A stretch of DNA of 32,000 nt, from contig NC_009954.1 of NCBI RefSeq assembly GCF_000018305.1, positions 90,001 through 122,000 on the forward strand, read 5' to 3'. A program made the position numbers and the translations under genes. Shown here piece after piece: positions 1 through 7,791 of the stretch; the stretch's first letter is position 1, and every line of letters begins with the position of its first letter. The notes under the pieces were generated by a model, which saw only the letters and a program-made list of their open reading frames with translations, was not told the origin of the DNA and did no database searches. The stretch comes from Caldivirga maquilingensis IC-167 (lineage in GTDB: Archaea; Thermoproteota; Thermoprotei; Thermoproteales; Thermocladiaceae).

Positions 1-234
1 ATTGCATTATGGGGTGGTGGTAGGGTTATTAGGGTTAATCCATTTAATAAAACTATTATTAATTCAATAACAGTTAACGCAAGATACACTAGCTCATGCA
101 CTTTTGGTGGAGGTGACTTATCAACATTATTCATAAGCACTGCAATGGGTGAACCACCCCTTGAGTATGAGGGTTACTTATTCACCACCAGTACCAATGT
201 TAAGGGTGTTAGGCAATACATGTGTAGGTACTGA
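1..234 (+). CDS. SMP-30/gluconolactonase/LRE-like protein, C-terminal fragment; the 5' end lies outside the window
   Basis: Frame 1 is open from base 1 to TGA at 232-234. Translation: IALWGGGRVIRVNPFNKTIINSITVNARYTSSCTFGGGDLSTLFISTAMGEPPLEYEGYLFTT... The C-x-F-G-G-x-D-L-x-T-L-F-I-T/S-T-A motif is the typical C-terminal blade of SMP-30/gluconolactonase beta-propellers. Confidence 0.6.
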   Translation: MALWGGGRVIRVNPFNKTIINSITVNARYTSSCTFGGGDLSTLFISTAMGEPPLEYEGYLFTTSTNVKGVRQYMCRY

Positions 235-265
235 ATCCATAATTTAAACCTGATGCTAGTGCCAC

Positions 266-931
266 TCACTTCTTAATAATTACCTTAAATCCAAATAAGT
301 CAGTACCAGTGTTTTCCCATAACCTAAACCATAGCGGTACCAGTAGTTCCATAGCCCTAGCAGCCCTTATATCACCTAAATCCACCACAGTCCTCCAGCC
401 GAACCATTCCTTTAAGATGCTGGTGACAAGCTGCTTAGCATCCTTATTATTCCCGCTCACGAACATATCAATCTCACCTCCCAGTAGCCCAGGATTAACC
501 ATTAACCTATAGCTAACGAAGTTAAGGGTCTTAACAACCTTGGATTCAGGGAAGGCCTCCTGAATCCTCTCACCCAGGGACTTACCCTCAGGCATAATCA
601 CAGTGGGTTCACCTGAGGAGAAGTCTACGGCGTTAGCAACGTCAATGATTATCTTCCCCTTAAGATTCTCATAACCCGCTGACTTAAGGGCATCTAGGGA
701 GTATAGGCCATTAGTACAATTAAAGATTATCTCGCCGAATTCTGCAGCATCCCTGAAGGTTCCATGGGATGCTAATGATCCATTACTCCTAGCCCAATTC
801 CTAGCAGCCTCATTATCCCTACTACGTGAACCCATGCGAACCTCATTACCTAATTCAACAAGCTTGGTTGCAATAGCTTGACCAACCTCACCAGTACCCA
901 ACACACCTATTCTCATTTTCCTCAGGGACAT
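266..931 (-). CDS. NAD(P)-binding oxidoreductase of the F420_oxidored/COG2085 type (putative NADPH-dependent F420 reductase-like)
   Basis: 221-aa ORF with an N-terminal Rossmann motif MRIGVLGTGEVGQAIATKLVELGNEVRMGSRS. Size and layout are typical of COG2085 dinucleotide-binding enzymes. A TATA box (minus strand, plus-strand coordinates ~951-960) sits ~25 nt upstream of the ATG. Confidence 0.6.
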   Translation of the reverse strand: MSLRKMRIGVLGTGEVGQAIATKLVELGNEVRMGSRSRDNEAARNWARSNGSLASHGTFRDAAEFGEIIFNCTNGLYSLDALKSAGYENLKGKIIIDVANAVDFSSGEPTVIMPEGKSLGERIQEAFPESKVVKTLNFVSYRLMVNPGLLGGEIDMFVSGNNKDAKQLVTSILKEWFGWRTVVDLGDIRAARAMELLVPLWFRLWENTGTDLFGFKVIIKK

Positions 932-1188
932 AGCCTATGTACGCATTAGTAATTTAAAAACTTTACAATGTAATCTAATCCCTCATTTGAATAGTCGTCA
1001 GGAGACTCAAGGAGACCTACTGCATCACTGCCTTCCTCAGAATTCAAAAATACTCCCTAGAAATAAATGAGGCTTAAGGTTTCTTTCATCTCTTCTATTC
1101 ATCTATGTGAGTATCTTCATTAAAGTATGGGTAAACTAGCATTGACCTATTGAAGCCGTGCACTAGGTTACTCCTACTGAGAAGCCTC

Positions 1189-1202
1189 TATATTTATAAA
1201 TA
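1189..1202 (+). promoter_or_regulatory. TATA box for the 1223 gene (leaderless geometry)
   Basis: The sequence tatatttataaata is centred ~27 nt upstream of the ATG at 1223. The same spacing recurs at most genes in the window. Confidence 0.45.
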
Positions 1203-1222
1203 CTTATTTTAGGGTTTAAACT

Positions 1223-1576
1223 ATGTCTCAGGTTAGTATTGATGAACTTAATTGGGGTTTAGTGGCTTGGATAATACCATTAGCTGGTGGAATACTGGGG
1301 TTCATAATTAGGCCTGAATCTAATTACGTTAAGCATTGGTCGTATTTAAGTATTGCATTCGGTATAGTGATAATAGTGGTTTCGGTAATACTTGACTTAT
1401 TGTCCTTAGCAACAATGATTCTTCCACCCTTGTTCATAATCATTAAGGCTTTAAGCATACTGGTAGGGCTTGTCTTCGTGATAATTTGGATAGTGGGGAT
1501 AATTAGGGAACGTAATTCAATATACTGGAAGCCAGCCTTAATATATGATGTTGCAAAGATGCTTGGATCACCGTAA
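1223..1576 (+). CDS. Small polytopic membrane protein, unknown function
   Basis: 117-aa ORF with 3-4 long hydrophobic segments (LVAWIIPLAGGILGFII, IAFGIVIIVVSVILDLLSLATMILPPLFIIIKALSILVGLVFVIIWIVGII). It has its own TATA box. Confidence 0.5.
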   Translation: MSQVSIDELNWGLVAWIIPLAGGILGFIIRPESNYVKHWSYLSIAFGIVIIVVSVILDLLSLATMILPPLFIIIKALSILVGLVFVIIWIVGIIRERNSIYWKPALIYDVAKMLGSP

Positions 1577-1626
1577 TTAAATCAACAAGATAATTGACTT
1601 AATTCACCATCTTTACCGCATCCTCC

Positions 1627-2580
1627 TCATGCACAATTATTACTACTCATTATGCAGTGGGCCAAGCCGTAGAGGTTAGATAAGTAACCTAACTGTGAAA
1701 CTACAATTCTGCTTCTCCTAAGGGAGTGTGGTTGAGCTACCTTAACAGACTTCAGAATAGTATTCATGAATCTTCTCCCAATTTCCACCCCCACACCACC
1801 ACTTAATACTAATACCTCAGGATTTATTAGACTAATTAAGTTAGCCGCAGTAATACCCACTATCGTCGCCGCCTCCTCTAGCACCGGTTTAATTAATGCT
1901 ACCCCTTGATCAAGCATTTGGAAAATGCAGTGGGCATTGTGTGTGTTACAGTTCCTAATAATGTTGAGGCAGGATTCATCGCGTATACGTAGGCAGTACC
2001 TGTATGTTTTCCTGAATAATGCTGGGCCTGATATCTGATCCTCAAGGAATCCTCTTGATGATTTATGCCTAGGTATTCTCCTACTCAGTAACCACCAACC
2101 CACTGCCCCTGCAACACCACTACTCCCCCTTAATGGTTTACCGTTAATTAATAATCCAGCAGCCACACCGGTACCAATCATTAATGACACTGCATTGCTC
2201 ACCCCCCTGGCTGCCCCCTGCCAATACTCACCCATAATGTTGGCAACCCTATCATCAATAATGGTTAAGTTACTTAGATTAAGCTTCCTCTTAATCATTA
2301 AGGCAACATTAATATTCCTCCAACCCCTTATGTTAGGTGCCCAAACTAACCCATTCTCCCTAACTATTCCAGGTATGCTGATTCCTACACCAATTAAGTT
2401 AACTCCACTAAGACCACTAATGTAGTGTCGTATAGTTTCAATAACTTGATTCACTGCATATTCACCTCCCCTCTCGTCAATGCTTTGAACCCTATAATCC
2501 TCAACTTTACCATCACTGTAAATTAACGCTGATGCAATCTTAGATCCACCAATATCAATAACCACAGTTACATCAACCAC
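1627..2580 (-). CDS. ROK-family sugar kinase (glucokinase/hexokinase-like)
   Basis: 317 aa. The N-terminal phosphate-1 motif VVIDIGGSKIASALI and later GIGISIPG, MIGTGVAAGLLING and VLSGGV are ROK/ASKHA signatures. GTG start at 2580 is preceded by a GGUGAU Shine-Dalgarno site inside the 3' end of the SIS gene (4-nt spacer), so the two are co-transcribed. Confidence 0.8.
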   Translation of the reverse strand: MVDVTVVIDIGGSKIASALIYSDGKVEDYRVQSIDERGGEYAVNQVIETIRHYISGLSGVNLIGVGISIPGIVRENGLVWAPNIRGWRNINVALMIKRKLNLSNLTIIDDRVANIMGEYWQGAARGVSNAVSLMIGTGVAAGLLINGKPLRGSSGVAGAVGWWLLSRRIPRHKSSRGFLEDQISGPALFRKTYRYCLRIRDESCLNIIRNCNTHNAHCIFQMLDQGVALIKPVLEEAATIVGITAANLISLINPEVLVLSGGVGVEIGRRFMNTILKSVKVAQPHSLRRSRIVVSQLGYLSNLYGLAHCIMSSNNCA

Positions 2581-2584
2581 TCAA

Positions 2585-3376
2585 CTAATCACCAGCAGCT
2601 ATATGCCTAATATACAATTCCCTATGCCTCCTAAGTATTGAATTCATTCTAGCATCCGCATCAGCATCAAAACCCCTGACTGGGAAAATGGGGATTTCAC
2701 GGCCTTTATTGATTAGCTTCTCTATTGTGTTTAGAAGAAGCATGTTAGCCACTATGGTGAAGGCTACTGTTGAAAGAGGCCCGACGCGTAGTCTCTTACC
2801 CCTTAAATCAATCATTAATGATACGTCACCAGCCGGGACACCAGTATCAATGGTTACATCAGCCACCTCATGTAGCTTCAGATTTAATGGGTGACGCGGC
2901 TTAGCTGAATTAGCGTGAGTAAGTGATGTTACCCCAATCACCGGTGCACCCCTATTCTTAAATTGCACTGCGATTTCAACGGATATTGGTGTAGTACCTG
3001 AGTGGGAGAACACGATGACGCAGTCCTCCTTATGAACACTGTAATTCTCCATTATCCTACGCCCATACTCAGGTGAATTCTCTATGAAGTCGAATTGAGG
3101 ATAACCTAAGTCCCCAACCATCCTTAGGAATGATACTAGGGGTAAATCCACTATTGGTATGAAGCCTAATGTTGAACCATACCTGGGGAACATTTCCATT
3201 ACCGGTATTGCCGCGTGCCCGGAACCGAAGAGGAAGCAGGCATGTTCACTATCAATAGTGCTAGCAATTATGTCACTGGCCTTGTTAATGTTCTGAACTT
3301 GAGTACTGGTGATGTGATTAATAATTCCCTGAACATTACTCACCCAGTTACGCCAATACTCATTGGGAACACTCAT
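2585..3376 (-). CDS. SIS (sugar isomerase/phosphosugar-binding) domain protein, UPF0309-like
   Basis: 263 aa. FLFGSGHAAIPVMEMFPRYGS and VFSHSGTTPISVEIA match the SIS fold motifs. An AGGUGA Shine-Dalgarno site lies 6 nt upstream of the ATG and there is no TATA box at -26, so the mRNA has a leader. Confidence 0.7.
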   Translation of the reverse strand: MSVPNEYWRNWVSNVQGIINHITSTQVQNINKASDIIASTIDSEHACFLFGSGHAAIPVMEMFPRYGSTLGFIPIVDLPLVSFLRMVGDLGYPQFDFIENSPEYGRRIMENYSVHKEDCVIVFSHSGTTPISVEIAVQFKNRGAPVIGVTSLTHANSAKPRHPLNLKLHEVADVTIDTGVPAGDVSLMIDLRGKRLRVGPLSTVAFTIVANMLLLNTIEKLINKGREIPIFPVRGFDADADARMNSILRRHRELYIRHIAAGD

Positions 3377-3393
3377 GAAGGGTCACCTGAACT

Positions 3394-3419
3394 GAACCGA
3401 GGCCTAGATTCCCCGGTTC
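3394..3419. promoter_or_regulatory. Inverted repeat (gaaccg N14 cggttc) in the divergent SIS/GH42 control region
   Basis: 6-bp perfect arms at 3394-3399 and 3414-3419 enclose an aggcct palindrome. The repeat lies in the predicted 5' UTR of the SIS-ROK transcript, between the two divergent start codons. Confidence 0.35.
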
Positions 3420-3528
3420 CATACGTATTACCAATGTTCATTAATCCTTAATTAAGCCTCGTGTATTTAAGCAGTAATTGCAACATATTGTAGTTAACGC
3501 ATATTAATTTTAACTTATTGGTGGATTA

Positions 3529-5676
3529 ATGTCGTTTCCGGTTTCCGTATGGTATGGTGTAGGTAGCGTTACCCCACTGTTTGATGAGGAAACCATTAAG
3601 AGGGATTTAAAGAACATTAAGGAGGCTGGGTTTAAGTATGTTAGGGGTTGGGTTAACTGGAGGGATTCTGAACCAAGACCCGGGGAGTATGATTTCAGTG
3701 GAGTCGAGAATCTGCTTAAGACCGCTAACGACATTGGCTTAAGGGTTATTCTTCAGGTTTACCTTGAATTCGCCCCCGATTGGTTACCTAAGCTTCACCC
3801 AGACTCACTATACGTCTCTGAGTCAGGCAGCGTTATCATGCCTCAAGGTAGCCCTGGGGTTTGCCTTGACCACCCTGGTGTTAGGGCTAGGGCTGAGGAA
3901 TTCATGAGGAAGCTGGCTCAAGTAGTGATTAAGTACCCTAACTTCTATGTCTGGGACTTATGGAGTGAACCCAATGTTATTCAGTGGATTTACCAACCCA
4001 CTGGTTGGCGTGGATTATTCTGCTACTGCAATTACTCTAAGGGTAGGTTCAGGGATTGGTTAAAGACTATATACGGCAACGTTAACACGTTGAATAAGGC
4101 CTGGCATAGGAGTTACCTGGAGTTTAATGATGTTGAACCACCGCGTTTCGTCTCCCTTCACTTCGCTAGGGATAACATTGATTGGTTAACATTCAATATA
4201 GTTAAGCTTAAGGAGGACCTTGAATGGAGGGTTAAGGTAATTAGGAGTATTGATAATAATCACCCAGTGGTTAGTCATAGTCATGGCGGTACCTCAGTGT
4301 TCAGTAATCCACTCTTCGGTGAACCTGATGATTGGGAAATGGCCAGTGTGGTTGATGCATGGGGTACATCATTTTACCCCAAGCACGCAGGTAGGGTTAA
4401 GGTTGACCATGTTCTTGACTCACTAGTACTTGATGCAGCTAGGTCAGCGGCATTAGCCAGTGGTAAACCATACTGGATAGGGGAGCTTCAAGCTGGTCAA
4501 GGTGTTGGTGGGCTTAAGGCGGTTGAACCAGTGACACCTGATGATGTGGCTCTTTGGATGTGGCAGGCGATTGCACATGAGGCTAAGGCAATTAACATAT
4601 ATCACTGGTACCCTATGATGCTTGGTTTTGAGTCAGGTGGGTATGGGTTAATTAACCCTGATGGTTCATTAACCGATAGGGCTAGGAAGGCTGGGGAAAC
4701 AGCCAGGGTGATTTACGAGAATAGTGACCTATTCCTAAAGGCTAAGTTAATTGACTCAAGTGTGGCTATACTTTATAATATTGAGTCGTATAAGTGGCTT
4801 TGGATTGCTCAAAGGCATAGTAGTGATGTATTATCAAGGTCAATACTGGGTGTTTATAGGGTTCTCTTCAATAGTAATTATAATGTGGATTTAGTATCCA
4901 TTAGACAGGTTGAAGGAAACTTAATTAGTAAGTACAAGGTGCTTATAGCCCCATTATCACTGGTAATGACCCTTAAGGCTGCCCTAGGTTTAAGGAACTT
5001 TGTAAGTAATGGTGGATTACTACTGGTTGATTCAAGGTTCGCAGCGATTAGGAGTGACGGTTACATTGACTCAGGTACACCGGCGTATGGGTTAAGTGAG
5101 GTTATTGGGGGTTATGAGGACGGCTACATGAGTGTGGATAAGGTGAACTTAAGAATCACTAGTAATCTAATACCTGGTTTAAAGACCGGTGACTTAATAA
5201 TTGGTTCTAATTACGTTAGCTGGCTTAATTCAAAGGCTAATGAAGTAGGGGTTAGTGAATTTAACTTAAGTAAACCTTCAATAACCATTAATGATTATGG
5301 TAAAGGGAAGGCAATCTACGTGGGTACAAGCATTGGTTTATCCTATGAGGCTAATGGACCAGGGAGTGGTGTTGGAAAATTAATAGAAGGCATCATGAAT
5401 ATTGCCATGGTTCAACCACCTGTTGAAGTTAAGTCAACCAGGGAGGGTTACATTGAGGTAAGAATAATGAGGAGTGGTGCTGATTATTTACTCTTCATAA
5501 TAAATCACTCCTACGGTGATCAACTAGTTAATGTGAGAATTAATGAGAATGTAATTAATGTGGGCAATGCATCAATTAAGGACCTTGTAACTGGTGCATC
5601 AATAAGTATTACTAATAATGAGCTTCAGTTAACCCTAAGGGGTAGGCAAGTTGTAGTAGGGCTTGTGTCTATTTAA
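3529..5676 (+). CDS. GH42-family glycoside hydrolase (beta-galactosidase-like)
   Basis: 715 aa. The N-terminal TIM-barrel pattern is IKEAGFKYVRGWVNWRDSEPRPGEYDFSGVENLL...GLRVILQV...APDWL. The candidate acid/base Glu is in WDLWSEPN and the candidate nucleophile Glu in YWIGELQAG. The central VAILYNIESYKW matches the GH42 trimerisation domain. A TATA box at 3501-3510 lies ~24 nt upstream. Confidence 0.75.
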   Translation: MSFPVSVWYGVGSVTPLFDEETIKRDLKNIKEAGFKYVRGWVNWRDSEPRPGEYDFSGVENLLKTANDIGLRVILQVYLEFAPDWLPKLHPDSLYVSESGSVIMPQGSPGVCLDHPGVRARAEEFMRKLAQVVIKYPNFYVWDLWSEPNVIQWIYQPTGWRGLFCYCNYSKGRFRDWLKTIYGNVNTLNKAWHRSYLEFNDVEPPRFVSLHFARDNIDWLTFNIVKLKEDLEWRVKVIRSIDNNHPVVSHSHGGTSVFSNPLFGEPDDWEMASVVDAWGTSFYPKHAGRVKVDHVLDSLVLDAARSAALASGKPYWIGELQAGQGVGGLKAVEPVTPDDVALWMWQAIAHEAKAINIYHWYPMMLGFESGGYGLINPDGSLTDRARKAGETARVIYENSDLFLKAKLIDSSVAILYNIESYKWLWIAQRHSSDVLSRSILGVYRVLFNSNYNVDLVSIRQVEGNLISKYKVLIAPLSLVMTLKAALGLRNFVSNGGLLLVDSRFAAIRSDGYIDSGTPAYGLSEVIGGYEDGYMSVDKVNLRITSNLIPGLKTGDLIIGSNYVSWLNSKANEVGVSEFNLSKPSITINDYGKGKAIYVGTSIGLSYEANGPGSGVGKLIEGIMNIAMVQPPVEVKSTREGYIEVRIMRSGADYLLFIINHSYGDQLVNVRINENVINVGNASIKDLVTGASISITNNELQLTLRGRQVVVGLVSI

Positions 5677-5910
5677 ATGCTTCAAGCATTCAAGGTAACT
5701 CAGACGCACTTAAACCCATGGTAAGGATAGATACTTGAACTCATTACTAAACCCACATTCATGGCTATAGATAAATTTGAGTAGCGGGTAAACGGCTTAT
5801 TAAGCTGATTAAATGAAGTAATTTTCACATTGCCTTTTTAACACTTGAATCTCATGCTCAGAATTTAATAATTGATAATGCTAGGTTACCTGATTAATTT
5901 TAGAGTGTAG

Positions 5911-5954
5911 TGGACCGGCCGGGACTTGAACCCGGGATCTCCCGCGTGCGAGGC
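5911..5954 (-). tRNA. Orphan 3' fragment of tRNA-Ala(CGC), covering positions ~30-73; no matching 5' part nearby
   Basis: The minus strand reads gc-CTCGCAC-GCGGG-AGATC-CCGGG-TTCAAGT-CCCGG-CCGGTCC-A. This gives a 7-nt anticodon loop with CGC, the 3' strand of the anticodon stem, a 5-nt variable loop, a perfect T arm, an acceptor 3' strand with U70 (partner of G3 in the Ala identity pair) and discriminator A73. The required 5' acceptor strand GGGCCGG/GGACCGG is absent from the ~80 nt upstream before the neighbouring CDS. Confidence 0.65.
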
Positions 5955-5998
5955 TTATGCGGAGCCTAGCCCTCAGGATCATATTTTTACTCAACCAC

Positions 5999-6013
5999 TA
6001 TTTTTAAGCTTTC
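5999..6013 (-). promoter_or_regulatory. BRE/TATA element upstream of the tRNA-Ala 3' fragment
   Basis: The minus strand reads gaaagc-ttaaaaata. The predicted transcription start near 5977 would give a ~23-nt leader (cctgagggctaggctccgcataa) ahead of tRNA position 30. Confidence 0.4.
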
Positions 6014-6030
6014 CTAAGACTAAGTCAATA

Positions 6031-6657
6031 TTAAATCCTCAGTAACCCGTAGTTAACTGCTAGGTAAATGAAGAAGAATGCCAATAGGAATAGGTCACTT
6101 ATCGGCATGATTATTTCCACCGCCCAAAGTGTACCAAGGCTAAAGAGTAATGCTGATAACACATACTTAAGATGCGGTAACCTTATCCTGGATATCTGGT
6201 CCTTAAGCGCTATGGTTAAAGCCACAACTACAATAGATGCAATGAGTGTTCCAGTTAATGCTGAGAAGTAGCCCTTGGGTATTAATGCTATTAATACTAA
6301 GGCAGCCTCAAAGGCCTCAACAGCAGAGACCGTGAAGACTACGGCTAAATCACTCTTCTCCTCCTCAACATTACCCCTCCTAATCCCCTTAAAGTACCTT
6401 CTTGCACTTCTAAGCAGCCTGTAACCGAAGTAGAACAGTATTACCGCTGAAACCGCTAGAACATAATCAAGGGGCAGATACACTATATACCTACCCACTG
6501 TGAAAGTAGGTACAAGAACCAGTAATACCCCGGCTACAGCGTAAAGCGTTGGTTTAATACCCTTATATATACCTTGGTAAACAGCAGTCACCGCACCAGC
6601 CTCAGAAAGCTCAAGCATACTCACCCCCAATGCCGCTAAGAATATACCCACATTCAT
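6031..6657 (-). CDS. Polytopic membrane protein, unknown function (possible small-solute or ion transporter)
   Basis: 208 aa with ~6 hydrophobic helices. Two halves each begin with an acidic helix (MLELSEAGAV and AVEAFEAALV) and are separated by a basic loop (RSARRYFKGIRRGNVEEEK), suggesting an internal duplication. TATA box ~29 nt upstream. Confidence 0.5.
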   Translation of the reverse strand: MNVGIFLAALGVSMLELSEAGAVTAVYQGIYKGIKPTLYAVAGVLLVLVPTFTVGRYIVYLPLDYVLAVSAVILFYFGYRLLRSARRYFKGIRRGNVEEEKSDLAVVFTVSAVEAFEAALVLIALIPKGYFSALTGTLIASIVVVALTIALKDQISRIRLPHLKYVLSALLFSLGTLWAVEIIMPISDLFLLAFFFIYLAVNYGLLRI

Positions 6658-6817
6658 AATAGTCTTTAAACATGGTGGTTTTAAATTTTAACCCATTGTA
6701 CCTTAAGGAGAGAATCATTACGCTTTAAACCTTACAATAAGATTCATGTGGTTCAGTGAGAAAACTTAAAAAATCATCCAGGCTTTATAAATGAGGATGA
6801 ACAGTAGTAGCGTAATC

Positions 6818-7513
6818 ATGATTAGGAACGCCATATTAATTTACCTACTTGGCTCAATACTACTGGTGATTGTCTTCATGTTGTATATAGCTGGTTACGT
6901 CATTAATCAATCTCAATCATACTACATTAACCTAGAGAAACCGTTTTATGTGATAATAACCCTTAATTCACTATTAGCCGTAGCAGTGGCTGTATTAGAG
7001 TATACTGGGTTCAGGAGATTATCTGAATTAAAGGGAACCTATAGGTTTGGTGCATATGGTGCAATACTTCAATTAATCTCATTACCATTCTCCATAACCG
7101 GAGCCATATATTACATTCAAAGCATTGAGAACACGTATAAGGTTAGTAATATATCAGGGTTCACAATGCAGGCGTTACTTGTTAAGGTTAATTCATTAAC
7201 ATACCTAGGTACCGCTGGTTCATTAATTAACCTAATTGGCTGGCTGCTGGTTTTCGCAATACTTCATAAATTAGGTTCTGACCACGGAAACGGCATCGTG
7301 AAGACTGGTTCATTAGCAGCCATAATTGGACTGGCACTGGCAATTAGTGTGACTTCATATGTACCTGTGGCTTATACTTCATATAATGCCATTAATGTTG
7401 CATCCGTACTAATATTATTCACGTTACTCATTATAGGGGGCTTAATAGCATTCATTGGTATAATAATGCTCCTAATTGGCTTAACATCACTAGCAAAGGT
7501 TATTACGCATTAA
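6818..7513 (+). CDS. Polytopic membrane protein, unknown function
   Basis: The ORF is open from 6791 (240 aa), but the ATG at 6791 overlaps the TATA box ctttataaat (6783-6792). The next ATG at 6818 (MIRNAILIYLLG...) sits ~30 nt downstream, which fits leaderless geometry. It has 6-7 hydrophobic helices. Confidence 0.5.
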   Translation: MIRNAILIYLLGSILLVIVFMLYIAGYVINQSQSYYINLEKPFYVIITLNSLLAVAVAVLEYTGFRRLSELKGTYRFGAYGAILQLISLPFSITGAIYYIQSIENTYKVSNISGFTMQALLVKVNSLTYLGTAGSLINLIGWLLVFAILHKLGSDHGNGIVKTGSLAAIIGLALAISVTSYVPVAYTSYNAINVASVLILFTLLIIGGLIAFIGIIMLLIGLTSLAKVITH

Positions 7514-7571
7514 TTCCGTAGGGGCAATTAACGAAAACTTATATTGATTTAATTAATTAAACTCATTAAAC

Positions 7572-7712
7572 ATGGTCACCCTCATAACCTTGAGCGAGCC
7601 ATGGGAATTTTACACGCAGCTAGGGCTCTCACTGAAATTGCCTCCGAGTTACTTAAATTCACTTGGACTCAAGGATAACATTAGTGTACCTAGTGATTCT
7701 AAGAACCATTAA
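7572..7712 (+). CDS. Possible 46-aa SpoVT/AbrB-like small DNA-binding protein (orphan antitoxin-like)
   Basis: This ORF is below the size cutoff of the supplied track: MVTLITLSEPWEFYTQLGLSLKLPPSYLNSLGLKDNISVPSDSKNH. The segment KLPPSYLNSLGLKDN resembles the looped-hinge-helix core (v-t-I-P-k-e-i-r-e-x-L-g-l-k-e-G-d) of AbrB/MazE/VapB proteins. An AT-rich TATA-like element lies ~20 nt upstream. Confidence 0.25.
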   Translation: MVTLITLSEPWEFYTQLGLSLKLPPSYLNSLGLKDNISVPSDSKNH

Positions 7713-7791
7713 TGAACCCGTATTAAGTGGAAGAAAAGAGTCCATAATTAAACTGAAATGATTTATAAAGAGCAGTGAATTGCTGCGTAGC

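Noticed and set aside
1030-1110. Possible C/D-box sRNA on the minus strand of the 932-1222 spacer (GTGATGC ... CTGA ... ATGAGGG). A similar C-box-like TTGATGA occurs at ~27406.
   Set aside because: The boxes deviate from RUGAUGA/CUGA. The box spacing (20 nt rather than ~12) is wrong, no terminal D box or kink-turn pairing is present, and the 27406 motif runs into a coding region.
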